From Pecten maximus (taxonomy: Eukaryota): DNA of 64,000 nucleotides. This document shows positions 1 to 14,546 of the stretch, piece after piece; the first letter of the stretch is position 1, and each line of letters opens with the position of its first letter. Location: the NCBI RefSeq assembly GCF_902652985.1, contig NC_047021.1, forward strand, positions 33,108,001 through 33,172,000, in the 5' to 3' direction. The position numbers were made by a program, and so were the translations under genes. Under the pieces are notes generated by a model, which saw only the letters and a program-made list of their open reading frames with translations, ran no database searches and was not told the DNA's origin.

Positions 1-67
1 GTTGGCACTTAAATCAAATCAAAACACACTTTCAGTGATATTAAATCCTTGTTGTTGTTGTATACAG

Positions 68-279
68 CATGTCCCGAACCTGAGGAAGACATGTCTGTCA
101 TAGCATTGCCACCAAAAATTATAAAGTTGGTGATGATGAACGGCCACACTGTCGGATCCCTTGCTGTCTACCGCGAAAATTGGCTTCACTGCCACGAAAG
201 AGTCTGCCAGATCGACGGGTCCTGGTCTGGCCTTAAACACAAAAGAGGTCCCGTTGTCAACATACAGTGTTCCATTTAA
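68..279 (+). CDS. Probable terminal coding exon with a divergent sushi/CCP domain; gene extends left of the window
   Basis: Acceptor tatacag|CA TGT at 67/68 (phase 1, typical of CCP exons). Translation CPEP...NGHTVGSLAVY...C..RVCQIDGSWSG...C has four Cys and the CQxDGxWSG signature; TAA at 277-279. Confidence 0.5.
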
Positions 280-1277
280 CTCAAAAAGACTCTTCATGAA
301 ATACTTTTGTTTATTTCATCGTCTTTAGATATTGGAGACAAATCCTTATCATTAATCTCTTCTCTTTTTCTGTAGTGATACAAAGTAATACAACAACTTT
401 TTTTTTATTCCTTTGTACATTTTCCAAGAACAGGTTTAGGTCATTTTGAAGATATGAATGGGAAAAAAATTACTTGCTATTTACGATATTGACATCAGTC
501 TACATCCTGAGTTAAAATTATCAAATGAAATATATAACATTCTGCTGTCACTGCTTCCACAAAAGCCAATAGGATCTCGACACATTTCCTGACAACAAGC
601 TATCCGCATAAGTGTAGTACATATACACAGACCTTGGCGTTGGGGTTCGGGTCCCTTTGAGAAAAGTAAACCTTTCGTGATTAATGTCGAAAACCGCTCC
701 GTATTAAAATATCATTTGCATTGATGTATTGCAATCATTGTTTGCTTGAGATCACAATTTTCTCCGTTAGATTTTTCCAGCTTTCGGTTTGGTATATTGG
801 GACGAAATAACTGTGATTTATCTGTTATTCTACTTAATGTAGGTATTCAAAGTTATTCAGTAATCCAGCTATCGTTCGCGGCTATTACAGACATGTTTGA
901 CCAAATCAGAAAATTTTACGAATACTAAAATTCGCGATTACCGTTAACATTAATGCTTTCGAAACAAAAACAAGTACGTGCCTTATCTATTTCCATAGAT
1001 TTATCCGATATCGCGAATGTTAATAGAGAACGGTAGCAGGGTAGTATTAACTCCTGCACCTCATATTAAATGTATTCATGTAAACGAGGAATTATTTTTC
1101 TGCAGCATGACATGAAATATACATGTATAATGTATAACTAGTATAATACACATATTCTGTATGTGAGCTACTACGGCATTATATGCCTGCATCCACGTTT
1201 AGCTAATCGCTTTGTATTCAAATTGTAAATAATTTTGATAGACTGCTTCTAACTATTTCAAAACCCAGTTTTGATTA

Positions 1278-1495
1278 GGGGGCCGCGGTGGCCGAGTGGT
1301 TAAGGTGTCCCGACACTTTAACACCAGCCCTCTACGTCTGGGTTGCGAGTTCGAAACCTACGTGGGGCAGTTGCCAGGTACTGACCGTAGGCCGGTGGTT
1401 TTTCTCCGGGTACTCCACCTCCAAAGCCTGGCACGTCCTTAAATGACCCTGGCTGTTAATAGGACGTTAAACAAAAACAAACCAAACGAACCAAA
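1278..1495 (+). mobile_element. tRNA-derived SINE with V-domain-like core, near full length
   Basis: Head GGGGCCGCGGTGGCCGAGTGG (A box) and GTTCGAAACC (B box); core GGTTTTTCTCCGGGTACTCC; 3' tail aaatgaccctggctgttaataggacgttaaa followed by A/C-rich repeats. Confidence 0.85.
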
Positions 1496-3022
1496 TTGAC
1501 CTAGATTTACATGGCGGGTATCGTCGATGAAGTAGAAGACGCTTACCCTTCCGGATAACCTGGTCTTATACAGAAGTTTCCATGCAAATCTATATCTTTA
1601 TGTGTATCTTGTCTTGTCTTCCTTTTATCAATGTTGAGTATCATCATGTCGGTATTCTCTGTTTTATAGTGTATATATCTTATATCCACTTACCTGCTAT
1701 GAATTTTGTTTCTGTTTAAAAATTGTGTTTATAAAAATTTCGGTAAAATTTGGGTGATTTTAAACGAAACCACGTGAACTCTTCTCTATCAAGTTGTTAC
1801 TGGTATTCTGTTAATGTGTATGGATGCCGTATCAATAATGTCGATACATTTATTGTTAATCGATATTGTCATGCATGGTACTTGAAGCGATACAATCTTG
1901 ATTTGTTTTGAGATAAGTGAGAAAAAATCACGTGTACATATGAATTATGCACTTTGAAATATTGAAATGTTTTAATTAGTATTGTTAACAGTATTTGTTT
2001 TTCTGTACAATACTCGATTCAAAACTACGGTATAGTTGCTAAGTATATAGGATGTTATGTAGAAGGTGACGTGTGAAATGTTATACGCATGATGTGTAGT
2101 TTGAAGCTATCATTTATATTCTATGAGACAGTTAACTTCCAAATCAACTCCATAGTTTTCAATTTTACAAAAAGGCTTTATTTTTTCCATTCGCTTGTAA
2201 TCAACAATCCTTTTTTTTTTTAAATAATGCATCAAATTGATAGAAATCTATATCAAAATGATGATAAGTAAATAATGAAATTTACAATCAAACTACTTTC
2301 TGCGTATTATCATTTCAGCGAAATTGATGCCTTTGGGAGTTGAATTGTACCTGCCTATTGTAGTAGACTTACATATACAAAATGGTATATAGTCGTTACT
2401 CTCTCAACATGAATTTACCTATTGGCAAAGCGAAAGAGTATTATCAGTTGCAAAAGGTTATTTCCAATAATAAGAATATAGCAAGGAAAAATAAAAGTAC
2501 TGAGTTGCACTTAAACAAAGTACTTTTTTCAATGGCGACAAAGTGTACACCGTTAGTTGTACCTATAGAATACATTAAGTAATAGTACATACCGAAATAT
2601 ATCATATACTTATTTTTATAGTGTCATCTAGCTCTCGAGTAAGAAATGAATATGAGTCAAACTACTGTTTAACACAAAATCATCAATAAAAGAATTGACA
2701 GATACTACCTTTAATGCTTTGTACGTTAATTCGTTGTTTTTTTTCATGTAAAATGAATGTAATATCATTATTAAAGCAAGGTCTTGCTGCCCTAATTGCA
2801 TGACCATTGTACCCATTGTAGTTGTTTTAGAACGGGACAATAAAAGAGGGATATATTCTGCAAACATTGGCAATCTTTGATGAGTTAAAAGCCTTACATA
2901 CAGGCATTGTATGACCTTGAATGAGAGAAGAGCACATAACGAAGGAAAAGAAACGATAGAAAATTATCGTGGGAAAATTATATAACAGAAAAGGCTTCAG
3001 AATATACTATTGTGTTTTGTAA

Positions 3023-3242
3023 ACTGTAAACGCGGAAATACACGCGAGGGGGAAAATGTACGCTAATGACGTGGTGTCCTTTTGATCGCGAAAATTTCCC
3101 CCACGCGTATTATTTTGATATCAATTGGCATTATCTCGAACCATAATTGAAGGTGGATCGATCGTGAAAATACCCAAACGCATATAGTTTACACATCGAA
3201 ATCGCGAAATTAACCCCTCGCAAAAATAACGACGTTTACAGT
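3023..3242. mobile_element. MITE (non-autonomous DNA transposon)
   Basis: Terminal inverted repeats actgtaaacg/cgtttacagt and subterminal inverted gcgagggg/cccctcgc. Confidence 0.6.
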
Positions 3243-4796
3243 TACTTGAGTTTTACAGTGACATAACACGTTCCCCCCATTGACAAACCATACAAGGAAC
3301 AAGTTTAAGTCACCTTCATTGACAAAACATACCGTGAGACAGAACAGGCCTTTTTTCTGGAAGTTAAATGTCCCCTTAACAAAGACATTGACGAAGGAAC
3401 TACGGCATGCAGTAGGATGCCACAAACGCATGCTCTCCGCGCTCCTGCGGGTCAGACTCGTTCGTTATCTGTATTGCATTGAACTAACCTTAGACTATAT
3501 TTCTCGATTTAGAAGGGATATCTTTCCTACTCAACCCATATATAGACACTGGTATATTATCTGAAGTATGTCATGATATTACGTAACTCATTTAAACTGT
3601 ATAAAGTAAAGCTCTGATGTTTGTTAATAGTAGCTGCGACAAATTCATGATCAAATCATTTTATCAAACTGAAATGAAATCTAGAATATCAATATTTTAC
3701 TTCTTTCTTTGGTAAGTTATCACCGCTTCTGTGAATTACATCACACATATATTAATACCATGCATAGCAATCATATCCACTAACAAGGTATCTATCATTG
3801 TGTCAATGTCCAACAAGAAAAATAAGCAGATATCAATATTGGGTCAAAACAAGCTTCCCAAGCTTCCAATATGAGGTTGGTTCTTAAGAAAACGAATTAA
3901 AAGATTGATTTAGCCTGATTTATTCAAGATTGATGCTTAGATAATTTTGAAACGATTGTCTGCACAAATATATTTTAAACGTTCTAAATTTGCGCTCTCA
4001 AATGTTAGCGTAAAATCAAATTTAAACAGATTGGCTGAATGATGAATTGGAGCAGCAACAGCAGTTGCAATAGAAAACAACAAAACTGTACGAAACTTTA
4101 ATCAGCGCAATTATAATTTAGAGGAAGGCATTTTAAGCAATTGCGCTGAAACAATATTACCGCTAAAAGTTTGTACAATACAGTACTCTGATAACAACGT
4201 TAAAGAGACGGACCTATTTTTCAAGATATTCCAAAAAGACATACTATAAATGATCAGTTGTTCTGTGAAAATGCTCTCCCCAATTTAATGAAATTCAAAA
4301 AGAAACAAAACAAAAACAAAACAAAATATTTTGCCATAAATAAATCTGTTTTACTGGATTTCAAATATGTAAAATGTGCAGGAAATTATGTATGACAGTG
4401 TATATAAGGTACAGTAACCTCTTATTTTAATCTGTTTAAGAAAATTTTGACATTGGGTAATTTTAGAATGAAGGTAATTCTTGTGTGTATTCCGAACTGC
4501 TTCATTCATAACGATATAATACAAGTCATAACATATTTTATCTAATTTGATTGATTCTGATTTCATGACGACGTATTCCAATGTAAATAAATTTGATTAC
4601 AGCAATGCAAATCCAACATGTATACATTTAGGAATTTCTATGAATTGGAATCTTCAATTAATGGATAAGCAAGATGATGGGGATTTCTTTGTGCTCTCTG
4701 AACGCCCAAGTAAAGTAAGAATTCCTTTAATGCATCAGAAGTTCGTTCAGTATTCCCGGTATCATACAAACTTTCAGTATCCACAAGCATAAAGGT

Positions 4797-7181
4797 TCAA
4801 AAGAGACTCTCGCTCTCTACGTAAACAGCGTTTTCAAACGTGTTCTCCTCCAGGATCTGCACAAGTTTGGAAATTGGGACCTCCGGAAGCGTCACTTTAC
4901 CATCTTCCCGAAATTCTGGAAAATGTTAATATACAAAATATGTTGTGTTATTAAAATTCAAAGTTTCCAAGTTTTACTGACTCTTCGTTATGCATTTCTC
5001 CGTAAATGTGAACTGTATGTATTATAAAGAAAAATAAAGGAAACCAGTTATTTAAACTTATATCTATAACTATTGTTGGTCGGGGTGGAAGCTCGCGAGG
5101 GATGTAGGAGTGCTCAGAGAAAAACCTAGTAGTCGGGCAGGTCACTCAATACCTTGTCATGTTCGATCTGGAGTCAATCATAGGCCGTCTACAGGGAAGG
5201 CAAGTGTGTTACCATTGTGTCAGTCGATCTCCCTTTCTACAGAAATACTAAAACCCGGGCACGTGGCGAAAATGAAAAGTGTATGATAGTAGATTCTAGT
5301 TATACCTGCTACATAAACAACGTTTCGGGTTAAAAAAGACACTTAAACATTTAAAATATACATGTGGATATAATAGAAAACGTTTTCTTCAGTGCCCACA
5401 AGGTATTGTATTTGATACTTATTTGAAACCCAAATTACATGTACACATCAACACTGACATAAGCTGCAACATATTATTTTAGATACTTCTTATATATCTT
5501 AGGGCTGTTTTCATGGTTTTTACATCAGCAAACTTACGTTTCAACATATCAGCAATGACCTTGTCAGTACAATCCGTCTCCACTTCTGTCATCATGTCTG
5601 TATACGATGCACCAGGAGCAAAAGTCAGTATCCGCAATGACGGTTCCTCTGCGGCTAACACGCGCATATACATGTCCCTGCCAGCTTTAGCTATATGTAT
5701 TGGACAAAAAATACTGTCGTTATCGAAAACACTATCAAGCTGTAAACAACATCTAAGCACAACGTAAGCAATAAAACATAACGGAATGGCCAGACTAAGC
5801 GTAAGAATTGTACCTGCTGCCTCAATTGCGACTTATTTCGGTTGGTATTTGCTTTCCTATATCTTCTAATCTACTTTCTTCTTCCTCATATCTCCCTTGA
5901 CACTGCCTCACGTTTTGCATTCAGATGAGCGAAGTGTGCGTTTTCGGTACCCAGGCCGTATAAGACACATACCAGAGTCTATCAAAATGGCAATCAAGTT
6001 GCAACTTCTGCTAAACACTCAGCATTTTTCGGAGTGGAACAACTGGTTCAGCATTATGCAACCGTATTCGTGTGGAATTTCAGTGTGATTGCACTTTAAA
6101 CATTTCTGTTAACCCCGTGGGACCGTCCAATGATAATTTTGTGTTAATTATTGCAATATAGGAATAATGCAACACAGGATATTTTGTTCCTGTAACTCAA
6201 TTCTATGCTATTCATCTTACTCTTTCTCTATATTGCTAAGATGACCACAGACGATCAGGTATGTTAGGATCAACGAGTAATAAAGTATGTTAAATAATCC
6301 CACTATATTTTTGTCACATTTACGTGTAAAATAGTTTCTTAAATGGTTAAATATATCCAGAACACCTGCTGATTAATGTTGTGTCTGAAAGAGTCCTTAA
6401 GATTTTACGTTTCAACGGCTTTTGTGACATTAAAATAAACCAGCATTACTATATATGGACACTTTATAGTTATCGCACTTAATGACGTTTTGAGTTGTGT
6501 GTCTTGTTGGAAAAAAAAATCCAATTGTGTATACGTTTTACTAAAGACTTATTTTAGGAGAAATGTTAGTTTCTTTAATGACTTTAGGTATGCACACTAA
6601 TACCATACTACTTGACGTTCTGACACATATAACATGACCTTACCTGCAGAGTATAGATGCATGCATCTCATAGGAATCGAAGTACATGCTGATGACATAA
6701 TGACCACCACCCGGGATTTCTTGGAATCAGAAAATGTCTGGAAGAAGCTGGTGTTAAGTAGGATCATCCCTATTAGATTGATGTTGAAGGCATTCCTCAC
6801 TTCTTCAGAGTCGCAAAGTTCCAAACAATACTTTGACAACGCAACGGCCTTAGCACAATTATGCACGATCATGACTTGGTCGAAGTCATTTTCCGAAAGG
6901 TAGTTTCCTGACAAAACTTCGTTGAATATGCCTTTGAAGTAATCTTTTTCTACACTGCTCTGGTCATATTGCCGTACCAGAACAGTGACATTCGGTGTCT
7001 GGGACAAAATTTCTGACTTGACACTTTCCAACTTTTGCTCATTCCTTGCCATAAGTACAAAGACGGAATTGGGAGGGAACTTGGCTGCAAATTGTAGTGC
7101 TATACATCTTCCTAATCCTCTGCTTGCACCGGTTATGGCTACAAACGTCTTCTTAAGGAAAATGTTTTTCTGATTCTCCAT
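4797..7181 (-). CDS. SPR: Sepiapterin reductase-like short-chain dehydrogenase/reductase, 269 aa
   Basis: Exons 7181-6644, 5690-5538 and 4915-4797, with GT-AG introns, 810 nt in frame. Motifs ITGASRGLG, MSS, and YSAAK (YxxxK split by intron 1), followed by SPR-like AGRDMYMRVLAAEEPSLRILTFAPG..TDM. Confidence 0.88.
5030..5232 (-). mobile_element. Degenerate tRNA-SINE (second family) in SPR intron 2
   Basis: Reverse complement aligns by eye to the 15630-15820 copy (cacttgcct...ggtcacctgcccgac...ggttttt...actcc). Confidence 0.6.
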
Positions 7182-7249
7182 TCTGCTGCTCAAGCCACTT
7201 GTATATGATAACAGTCCTGATGTTCACAGGTCAGTCTAGCAGTCGTACG

Positions 7250-7262
7250 TGACGTCATTTCC
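7250..7262. promoter_or_regulatory. CRE palindrome with adjacent ETS-like core upstream of SPR
   Basis: Perfect TGACGTCA at 7250-7257 followed by TTTCC, about 70 bp upstream of the ATG. Function is untested. Confidence 0.4.
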
Positions 7263-7899
7263 TCTCTGCGCGAACAGGGTCATGCTTAGCCCTATTTCAT
7301 CGATTTCTGTCTATACACTGCCATCAACAAGTTCCTATTATTTACAGACAGTATTTTGAAGTTCAGTAAATATGATCAAAATTTTGTAATATGCATAGTC
7401 TTTGAAGAGTGGAAACGGTTATTGATGATTTGCAAATATCTTAAAAAATAAGATTTTTAATCATTTTTGGAATATCTTAAAATTTAGGTCCCTGCCTTGA
7501 CTCTCCCTGAATCTTGATCGAGGTATGTTATTTGATAACACATTTCCCATTCACTGACAAATTAATATTCCTCAAAAAATTGTAAAGATAACGTTTGTGA
7601 TGCATATATAATATTTCAACAAGTCATAAGAGTGTGTATGTTTTTATGGATGGCAATGTATATAGTTCAGACAAGATACGTCTTATTAATTTTTAATCTT
7701 AATTGACTTTTGTTTACTAGAGAAAATGTCTCATACTTAGTCTCTTTCTGTTGATTAACAGACGAAAATGTTTACTAAACTTAAAGCTACATTATGTTCT
7801 TGTTATGTAATATTATGTAATCCTAGATAAGTGTGATGTGGCCTTGTGTTACGTCTTGAATAAACAACCAGACATTTAACCAAAAAAAATTTAAATTTA

Positions 7900-8250
7900 T
7901 TTTTAAACGTCATATCAACAGCTTAGGTCATTTAAAGATGGCCTCCGAAGTGCGCGCGAGATATAGAGTGTGTGTATGTGTGTGTTTAGAGGCTGTATTT
8001 ATAGCGCTGCCTCAGTAAGAATACCTAGCAGGACATTCCACACGGTCATGTTATTCTTTTTATAGATTCTTGTAGGTCTCCGCCAGGGGACAGAAACAAA
8101 AGCTTTCCTCACAGGGGCGAATACTCAGAGAGACAAAAGGAAACAGCTGTTTAGAAAGAGGAGAAAAGATAGCATTCCAATTTCAGTCACCTCTTACAAT
8201 CATGGAATTGGGGCAGCAGACACAATTCTTATTCCCTACCTGCAGGGCAA
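7900..8250 (-). mobile_element. Degenerate SINE-like repeat sharing the 3' tail of the 1278 SINE
   Basis: tttaaacgtcatatcaacagcttaggtcattt resembles the reverse complement of the 1441-1472 tail; the body is different. Confidence 0.45.
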
Positions 8251-8829
8251 AATATTCAGGATCACATGGAAAAGAATATAAACCCGGAAATGTGGATGAA
8301 TAAATATATGTCCATGAATGAAATCAAATAATTATATATGTTGCAGTGATGATTATGATAAATATTACATTATGGTAAGAGACACGGCGAACACTTTTAC
8401 CAAAACATTTACCAAAAGGAGTGAAGGCATGAATGAGTGCTTCCGTTTTTGTTTTTGTTTGTTTATTTATTTATTTTTATTTTTTGGTAAAATTTTTATT
8501 ATAAAAATGCTTTCAATATTTGTCGTAAATGAGCACTTGATCTTTATGTATATCAACATTTAAATTATTGAAACGTTCTTTAGAATTGTAATTTATGTCG
8601 TTTTGGCAACTACTGTGCGCACATGTTCGATACGTAGAAAAACATCGGTGGACTATCGTTAATTACAATGAATCGGTAATTTAGGAAAAATAGAAAATCC
8701 ATATGTCGAGATTACACATAAAATAGACAAAAATATTTTGACGTTTAACCTGGTCATTTTTTCAGTTGATTCATTGACTAATTCTAATTCCAAACGAATT
8801 GCTTTTGTAATGTTATCATTAAGAATTAG

Positions 8830-10454
8830 TGAAAAGATGCAAAATTAGTCCCAGACCCAGTGACCTTCACCTACGGTCAGTTGATTTAATGTTTAATTCT
8901 GACCTACTTCTTTGTTTTATAATGCCATAACAAAATGCATGCATCAGTGAAAAGATACAAAATTTGACATTAACCTTTATTTCAGTGACCTTGACTTTGG
9001 TCAGTTGGCCCTTTCTTAAGTTCTAACCACTTTGCTTCATATGGTCATAACAAAATGTTACCAGTGAAAAGATACCAAATTTGATCCTGACCATAACCTT
9101 TTACCTTGACCACTGGTCAGATGACTTGTTGTTTGATTCCAACCCAAGCTTTACACCAATTGATTTTTCTTCACCAAAGGATGCTTCAGACCATATATGA
9201 ATTAGATCATTTTATTCTTGCTATGAATCCCCTCAGGCCCCTGGGAGACACCAACCGTTTATAGTTGTTTCCCAGTTCATCCAAGGATGCTTATAGCCAA
9301 AAAAACCGCTATAGTCGTTCACGAATAGTGGAGATTTTTAGCCCACACTCATCAGATGGTGGGTTATTCAAATCGCCTTGCGTCCGTGGTCCGTGGTCCG
9401 TGGTCCGTGGTCCGTGGTCCGTCCCTCCCTCCGTCCGTCCGTCCGTCCATAAACAATTCTTGTTATCGCTATTTCTGAGAAAGTACTGAAGGGATCTTTC
9501 TCAAATTTCATATGTAGGTTGCCGTTTGACCCTAGTTATGCATATTGCATTTTGGGGACCAATAGGATAACAACATGGCCGACAGGCAGCCATCTTGGAT
9601 TTTGACAATTGAAGTTTGTTATCGCTATTTCTGAGAGTACTGAAGGGATCTTTCTCAAATTTCATATGGAGGTTCCCCTTGGTCTGTAGTTATGCATATT
9701 GCATTTTGGGATCGATCGGAAAACAATATGGCCGACAGGCAGCCGTCATGGACTTTGACAATTGAAGTTTGTTATCGCTATTTCTGAGAAAGTACTGAAA
9801 GGATCTTTCTCAAATTTCATATATAGGTTTGCCTTGGCCTCTTGTTATGTATATTGCATTTTGGGACCAATATGATAACAACATGGCCGACAGGCAGCCA
9901 TCTTGGATTTTGACAATTGAAGCTTGTTATCGCTATTTCTCGGAAAGGACTGATGGGATCTTTCTTAAATTTGATATATAGGTCACCCTTGGTCCCTAGT
10001 TGTGCATATTTCATTTTGGGACCAGTCAGATAACAACAAGGCCAACAAACAGCCATCTTGAAATTTGGCAACTAAAGTTTGTTTTCGCTATTTTACAGAA
10101 GGTACTGAAGGGATCTTTATCAATTTTCATATGTAGGTTCCCCTTGGTCTGTCGTATTGCATTTTTGGACCAATCTGAAAACATTGTCGACAGACAGCCA
10201 TTATCGCTAAATCTCAAATTTCATATATAAGTTCCCCTTGTTTGAAAAGTACTGGAGGGATGTTTCTCAATTTACACAGATTAGTAAGAGAAGGGAAAAA
10301 TAGAGAAAAGATCAATCTGATATGGAACCTATCAAGATCATTCAATGGTGGGCACCAAAATCCCTCTGGGATCTCTTGTTTAAGAAAAAGTTGTCAGACG
10401 AACGCCGCGCCATTGCATAAACTCATCGCCCTTAGGGCCAAGTCAGTTTAAAAA
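8830..10454 (-). mobile_element. Old degenerate HINE-type element, interrupted by the 9338-10380 insertion
   Basis: 10381-10454 resembles the reverse complement of the 5' end of the 35779 element; 8830-9335 has decayed gacctt-rich core repeats. Confidence 0.5.
9338..10380 (+). mobile_element. Non-autonomous Helentron-associated (HINE/DINE-1/pearl-like) element with ~5 x 155-bp internal repeats
   Basis: T-rich target, 5' inverted repeat cccac..atc/gatggtggg, (GTCC)n-type microsatellite, units at 9462/9618/9771/9926/10081, 3' subTIR atggtgggc, hairpin atccc-tct-gggat and terminal tcttgtt. Confidence 0.85.
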
Positions 10455-13400
10455 TGTACCATGTCACGGTAGACCCCCACCTCTATCCCCGGCATTAGCT
10501 TCATTTTACATTTGAATTCTTCACCAGACACAAGCGAAATTTCATATCCGCGTACAGGGTTTGAAAAATTTGCTTTATTAAATTTCAAAACCTTGCGAAA
10601 AATAGCATTATTATATTGCCACTAAAGGATATTCAAACACTAATAGAGCCAGTCGGGATTGAGATAGAATCTAGTGAATGTCCTTCCACTTTTGAATGTG
10701 TGTACCTAAATACGATACAATCTACCGAGAATTAGATATAAAATATAAATATTGTGAAATCGCATTTATTATAATGCTAAATAAACTTAAATATTGCATG
10801 TATATTGCTTCTCTTTATTAACTAGAAGAATTAATCACATATGAGCCTTTTAGTCAACCATATCAACCATCAGATTATTTTTGTTTTGTTTTTCTAATTT
10901 TCCCCATCAATATACTGTAAAAAAAAATTGCCAAGTTATACATATGATTAATTAATATGTTTGGAAATATTGCATTATCCAGCTGACAGGATAACAATTA
11001 AATATAATCACAAATCTAACTGTTAAAGGGAGGCAACTCATTATTAACATGCCTGAATGACAGTCAAACAGCACACAAAGCTCACAAACAGGTTTTGTTA
11101 TACCTCCACTCATTGAAAGGAACATGCTCTCAGTAAATTTGTTAAGTTCCGTGTGTACCCCCTGCTCCTTGGTGGTCATCAGCCAAGGGCAGGGTCCATG
11201 CCACGTAATTGATCACCTTTGAAATCCAATCAAAAAATTAAATTGTGTACAAGATATCGATCGAACTGCTGAACAGTTGAGTTCCTACACCTGATTAGAT
11301 ATCGGTGGTCATGAGTCAAGATAATGAATAAGGTCAAACCTGGTCACTTTTCAAAATACATGTACAAAGCTTGTGCATCAGCCATCCCTTAAACCATTTG
11401 ATATATGGGGGTTAATATATGTGATCCTGCACACTTTGATTTATAGTAACAGTTCAGCCAATGCGCTCTGTTATATAAGGAAACCAAAAACTCCTTACGC
11501 CTCCTTTAGCCTATAACACCCCTGAATCTCTGTTAGTATAAGTATATGGTAAGTATTTGACAACTGGCAGTATTGTTACTATGCATGTATTATGATCTAC
11601 AGTTTATAGCTTGTAAGTAGTTAAACGAAAGTAGATTGATAGAAATATATATTATATGTATGCCTATGTAGAAAGTTTCGCAGTTCACTTCATTTGCACG
11701 AGGTTCACTTCCCTTCATCAGTCCATGCAAGCAACAAAATTGCCAATCAATCCTTAAATAAACAAGAATTCCATGATACCATCCACGCCTTCAGAAGACC
11801 TAGTTGGTTAAAAATACCTTATTATATATCATTGTGGTAAACTTAAAATTTTTTTTGGTTGTAAAACTAAAAATCTATACTAATCAATCATATGTTTTGA
11901 CAACAATTTCGCGAGTGTGTTTTTTTTAATATGCATGATGTCATCTTAGTTTACAGATAATGCAAACATTAAAATAATCCCTTCTTACAAATTATTGACC
12001 ACTTTCACAAAATCACAACCCCCTTTTTTACACACCCACAAGCTTATGCTTAATTTGCTTGTCAAAACCACATCAATTCAAATAAGCGAATTACAAGTAT
12101 GTAGTAAACTTAACTTAGGCATGTTATCATGTACCCAAAACACAATACACAATTTCTTTGTATAAAATTCCTGTTATTTTCCAGGCTGTTCTCTGGCAAT
12201 TTCAAATATCCTCTCGTATTCGATATGTGTAGTTAGTCTGGGTGTCCTCAATACTGTGTCAGGGTGACGCAGAGCGGAGTGAAGTCAACACTACTTATAT
12301 AGCGATCAGTGGGGATTAGCGCAAATTATTCCGTAAACAAGAACGAAAAAATGATACCGATATGTACACAACTGCAATCGTAACTGTAAACCAAGGAGAG
12401 AAGAACAAAATAAAAACAAAAAATCGATAAACATGGAAACCATACGACAAAATACAAGATAAATGAAAGTATGACATTTGAAAAAATACAAGAAAGATAG
12501 AAGTAAGAGCAGGAGTTCCGGAAATTAATTCATTTCAGATCTCGTTATTATGATTTCTGTACACTACCTTAGGTGTAGCATAGTGTAGTGCAATCAAGCG
12601 TGTAGAAAGTCTGTCATAAGAGAGGATTTGGAATTCCAGAACAGTAACATTCGCATACCTGACTACATAACGCGTAAACGCATCAATGTATTATAAATGA
12701 TATCTAATCTTTCTTGGAGTACAAAGGTTGACTGAATGCGGACTTCAACACTTCTTTTAGTTTACATAGCACTTTTGTTGACATTCAGGTAATGTACCTG
12801 CATGTTAGTTGGTCTAGATGTTTTATTATTCTGTCTTATGGGATATTCAAATATAATCCAATGTTTATACCCAAAAGTGAGGAAGGAGTACAAAATATAT
12901 GGCTCTCACAAGTTTGCTTTGCTATAGTTGATTGTTATACTTATCGCAGAGCACAATCCCCGCCAAATTAATATGTATTTGTTGATAGATTTCTTTATTA
13001 TTTTTTTTAATTATTTTGTAAATGTTTCAGTGTTGGAAGTATTTCTTTAAGTTAGTGGGAATAATTTTATCCTCATTTGCATCTTTTTGAAAACGTTGAC
13101 AAAATCCTATTTCATTGATAAATTGATTAGTTAATTTTATTGTGGTTTATCAAAGGAAATAACATTTTTATTACTGTACCTGTTCAATTACATTCATTTT
13201 CATGTAATATATAATGAATTGCAATTGATTCCCAATATACTATCAATACCCTATGCCTGATGTGGATATATAAGTGGCATTCCTGACGTTCCCTGTCATT
13301 CAGTGTATGTCCTTTTGTTGGTGTAGTCTTTATGGATGTACAGAATAATGAAAAAGATGGCCGAGTCTCTTCTGATGATTCAATCAGCCACCATACAAAA

Positions 13401-14546
13401 AATATATCACAGTATATTATGTTTACAAAACGTAATAAAATTGTACTGAATTAAACTACTGCGAAATGATGCAACATTTCAAATTAAAACAAAGTAATTT
13501 TTATTTTACTCTTTCAGATCAAATCAAATCTGCTTTTTAACTAGCTGCATGTGAAAGTGAGCATGCAATAGCTTGTTACAGAAGATGACGATAACTAGCT
13601 GAAAGATGATATGTTGAGATATCAATGTAACGTTTATGTAATCCTGTCAAATAAATTTAAGTTTAGATCGTGTTAATGTGAGAAGTGTAGTGTGTTTTTA
13701 AATATTGATATATTCATTTTTTTCTGGCTTTCCTTAAAGTTATCCATAACTTTTCAATGACCATTGATTACGAACGATATTTGTTTACATTTGTAAATTG
13801 GCAAGAAATAAACATTCAAATTGCAATTAATACTAAAAGGACTAAACAATGTTCAATATATAGTTTTAGGTATATCCTCTATCTATTACTAAATAAATAC
13901 TTAATGTTTTTCTCACCTGCGTGTATTTTGCATTCTTTATTGATTGAGTTTAATATTAAATAAGTAACCTGATTGACAATAGTACAGTCCTGATACTTTT
14001 AACTTCATTGTTATCTATTATCTAATTAGGAGTTTTACATCAAATTTGGGACGTTACAATCGGTATCAATGATGTAAAAATACAATATACTTTATAACAT
14101 TATATAATATGTTTTATAATACAATATCTATAAACATATAATATGATATGCACTACAAGGTTTGATGAAATCGAAGATAATTGCTGAGAATCATCATAGA
14201 AAGGCAAGGTAATATGTACGTAATATTTAAACATACTACACAAGTGTAATTGACCAGCTTTATAATTATTTTATATACACATACACTTACAATATCATAA
14301 CCGTCAATTCAAGATGTGTGTGCGTGTGTATATATGACCAGCATTAATACTAATTACCTGTAATGAATGCCACTTGACATCAGTCACCTTTGACGCGCCT
14401 GTTATACTAATTGTGACGTGATAATCGACTATACAGGTAAGTATACGAGTGAGGTGACGTCCGTAATAAATCAGAAAGGCAACATTGCACATTCAAATTA
14501 GTCCCATACGCTAAGAGTTTATGTCAGGTAAGTTTGTGTTTTAAAG

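Noticed and set aside
19-297. Minus-strand 92-aa ORF
   Set aside because: No recognisable motif; the + strand sushi-like reading explains the region better.
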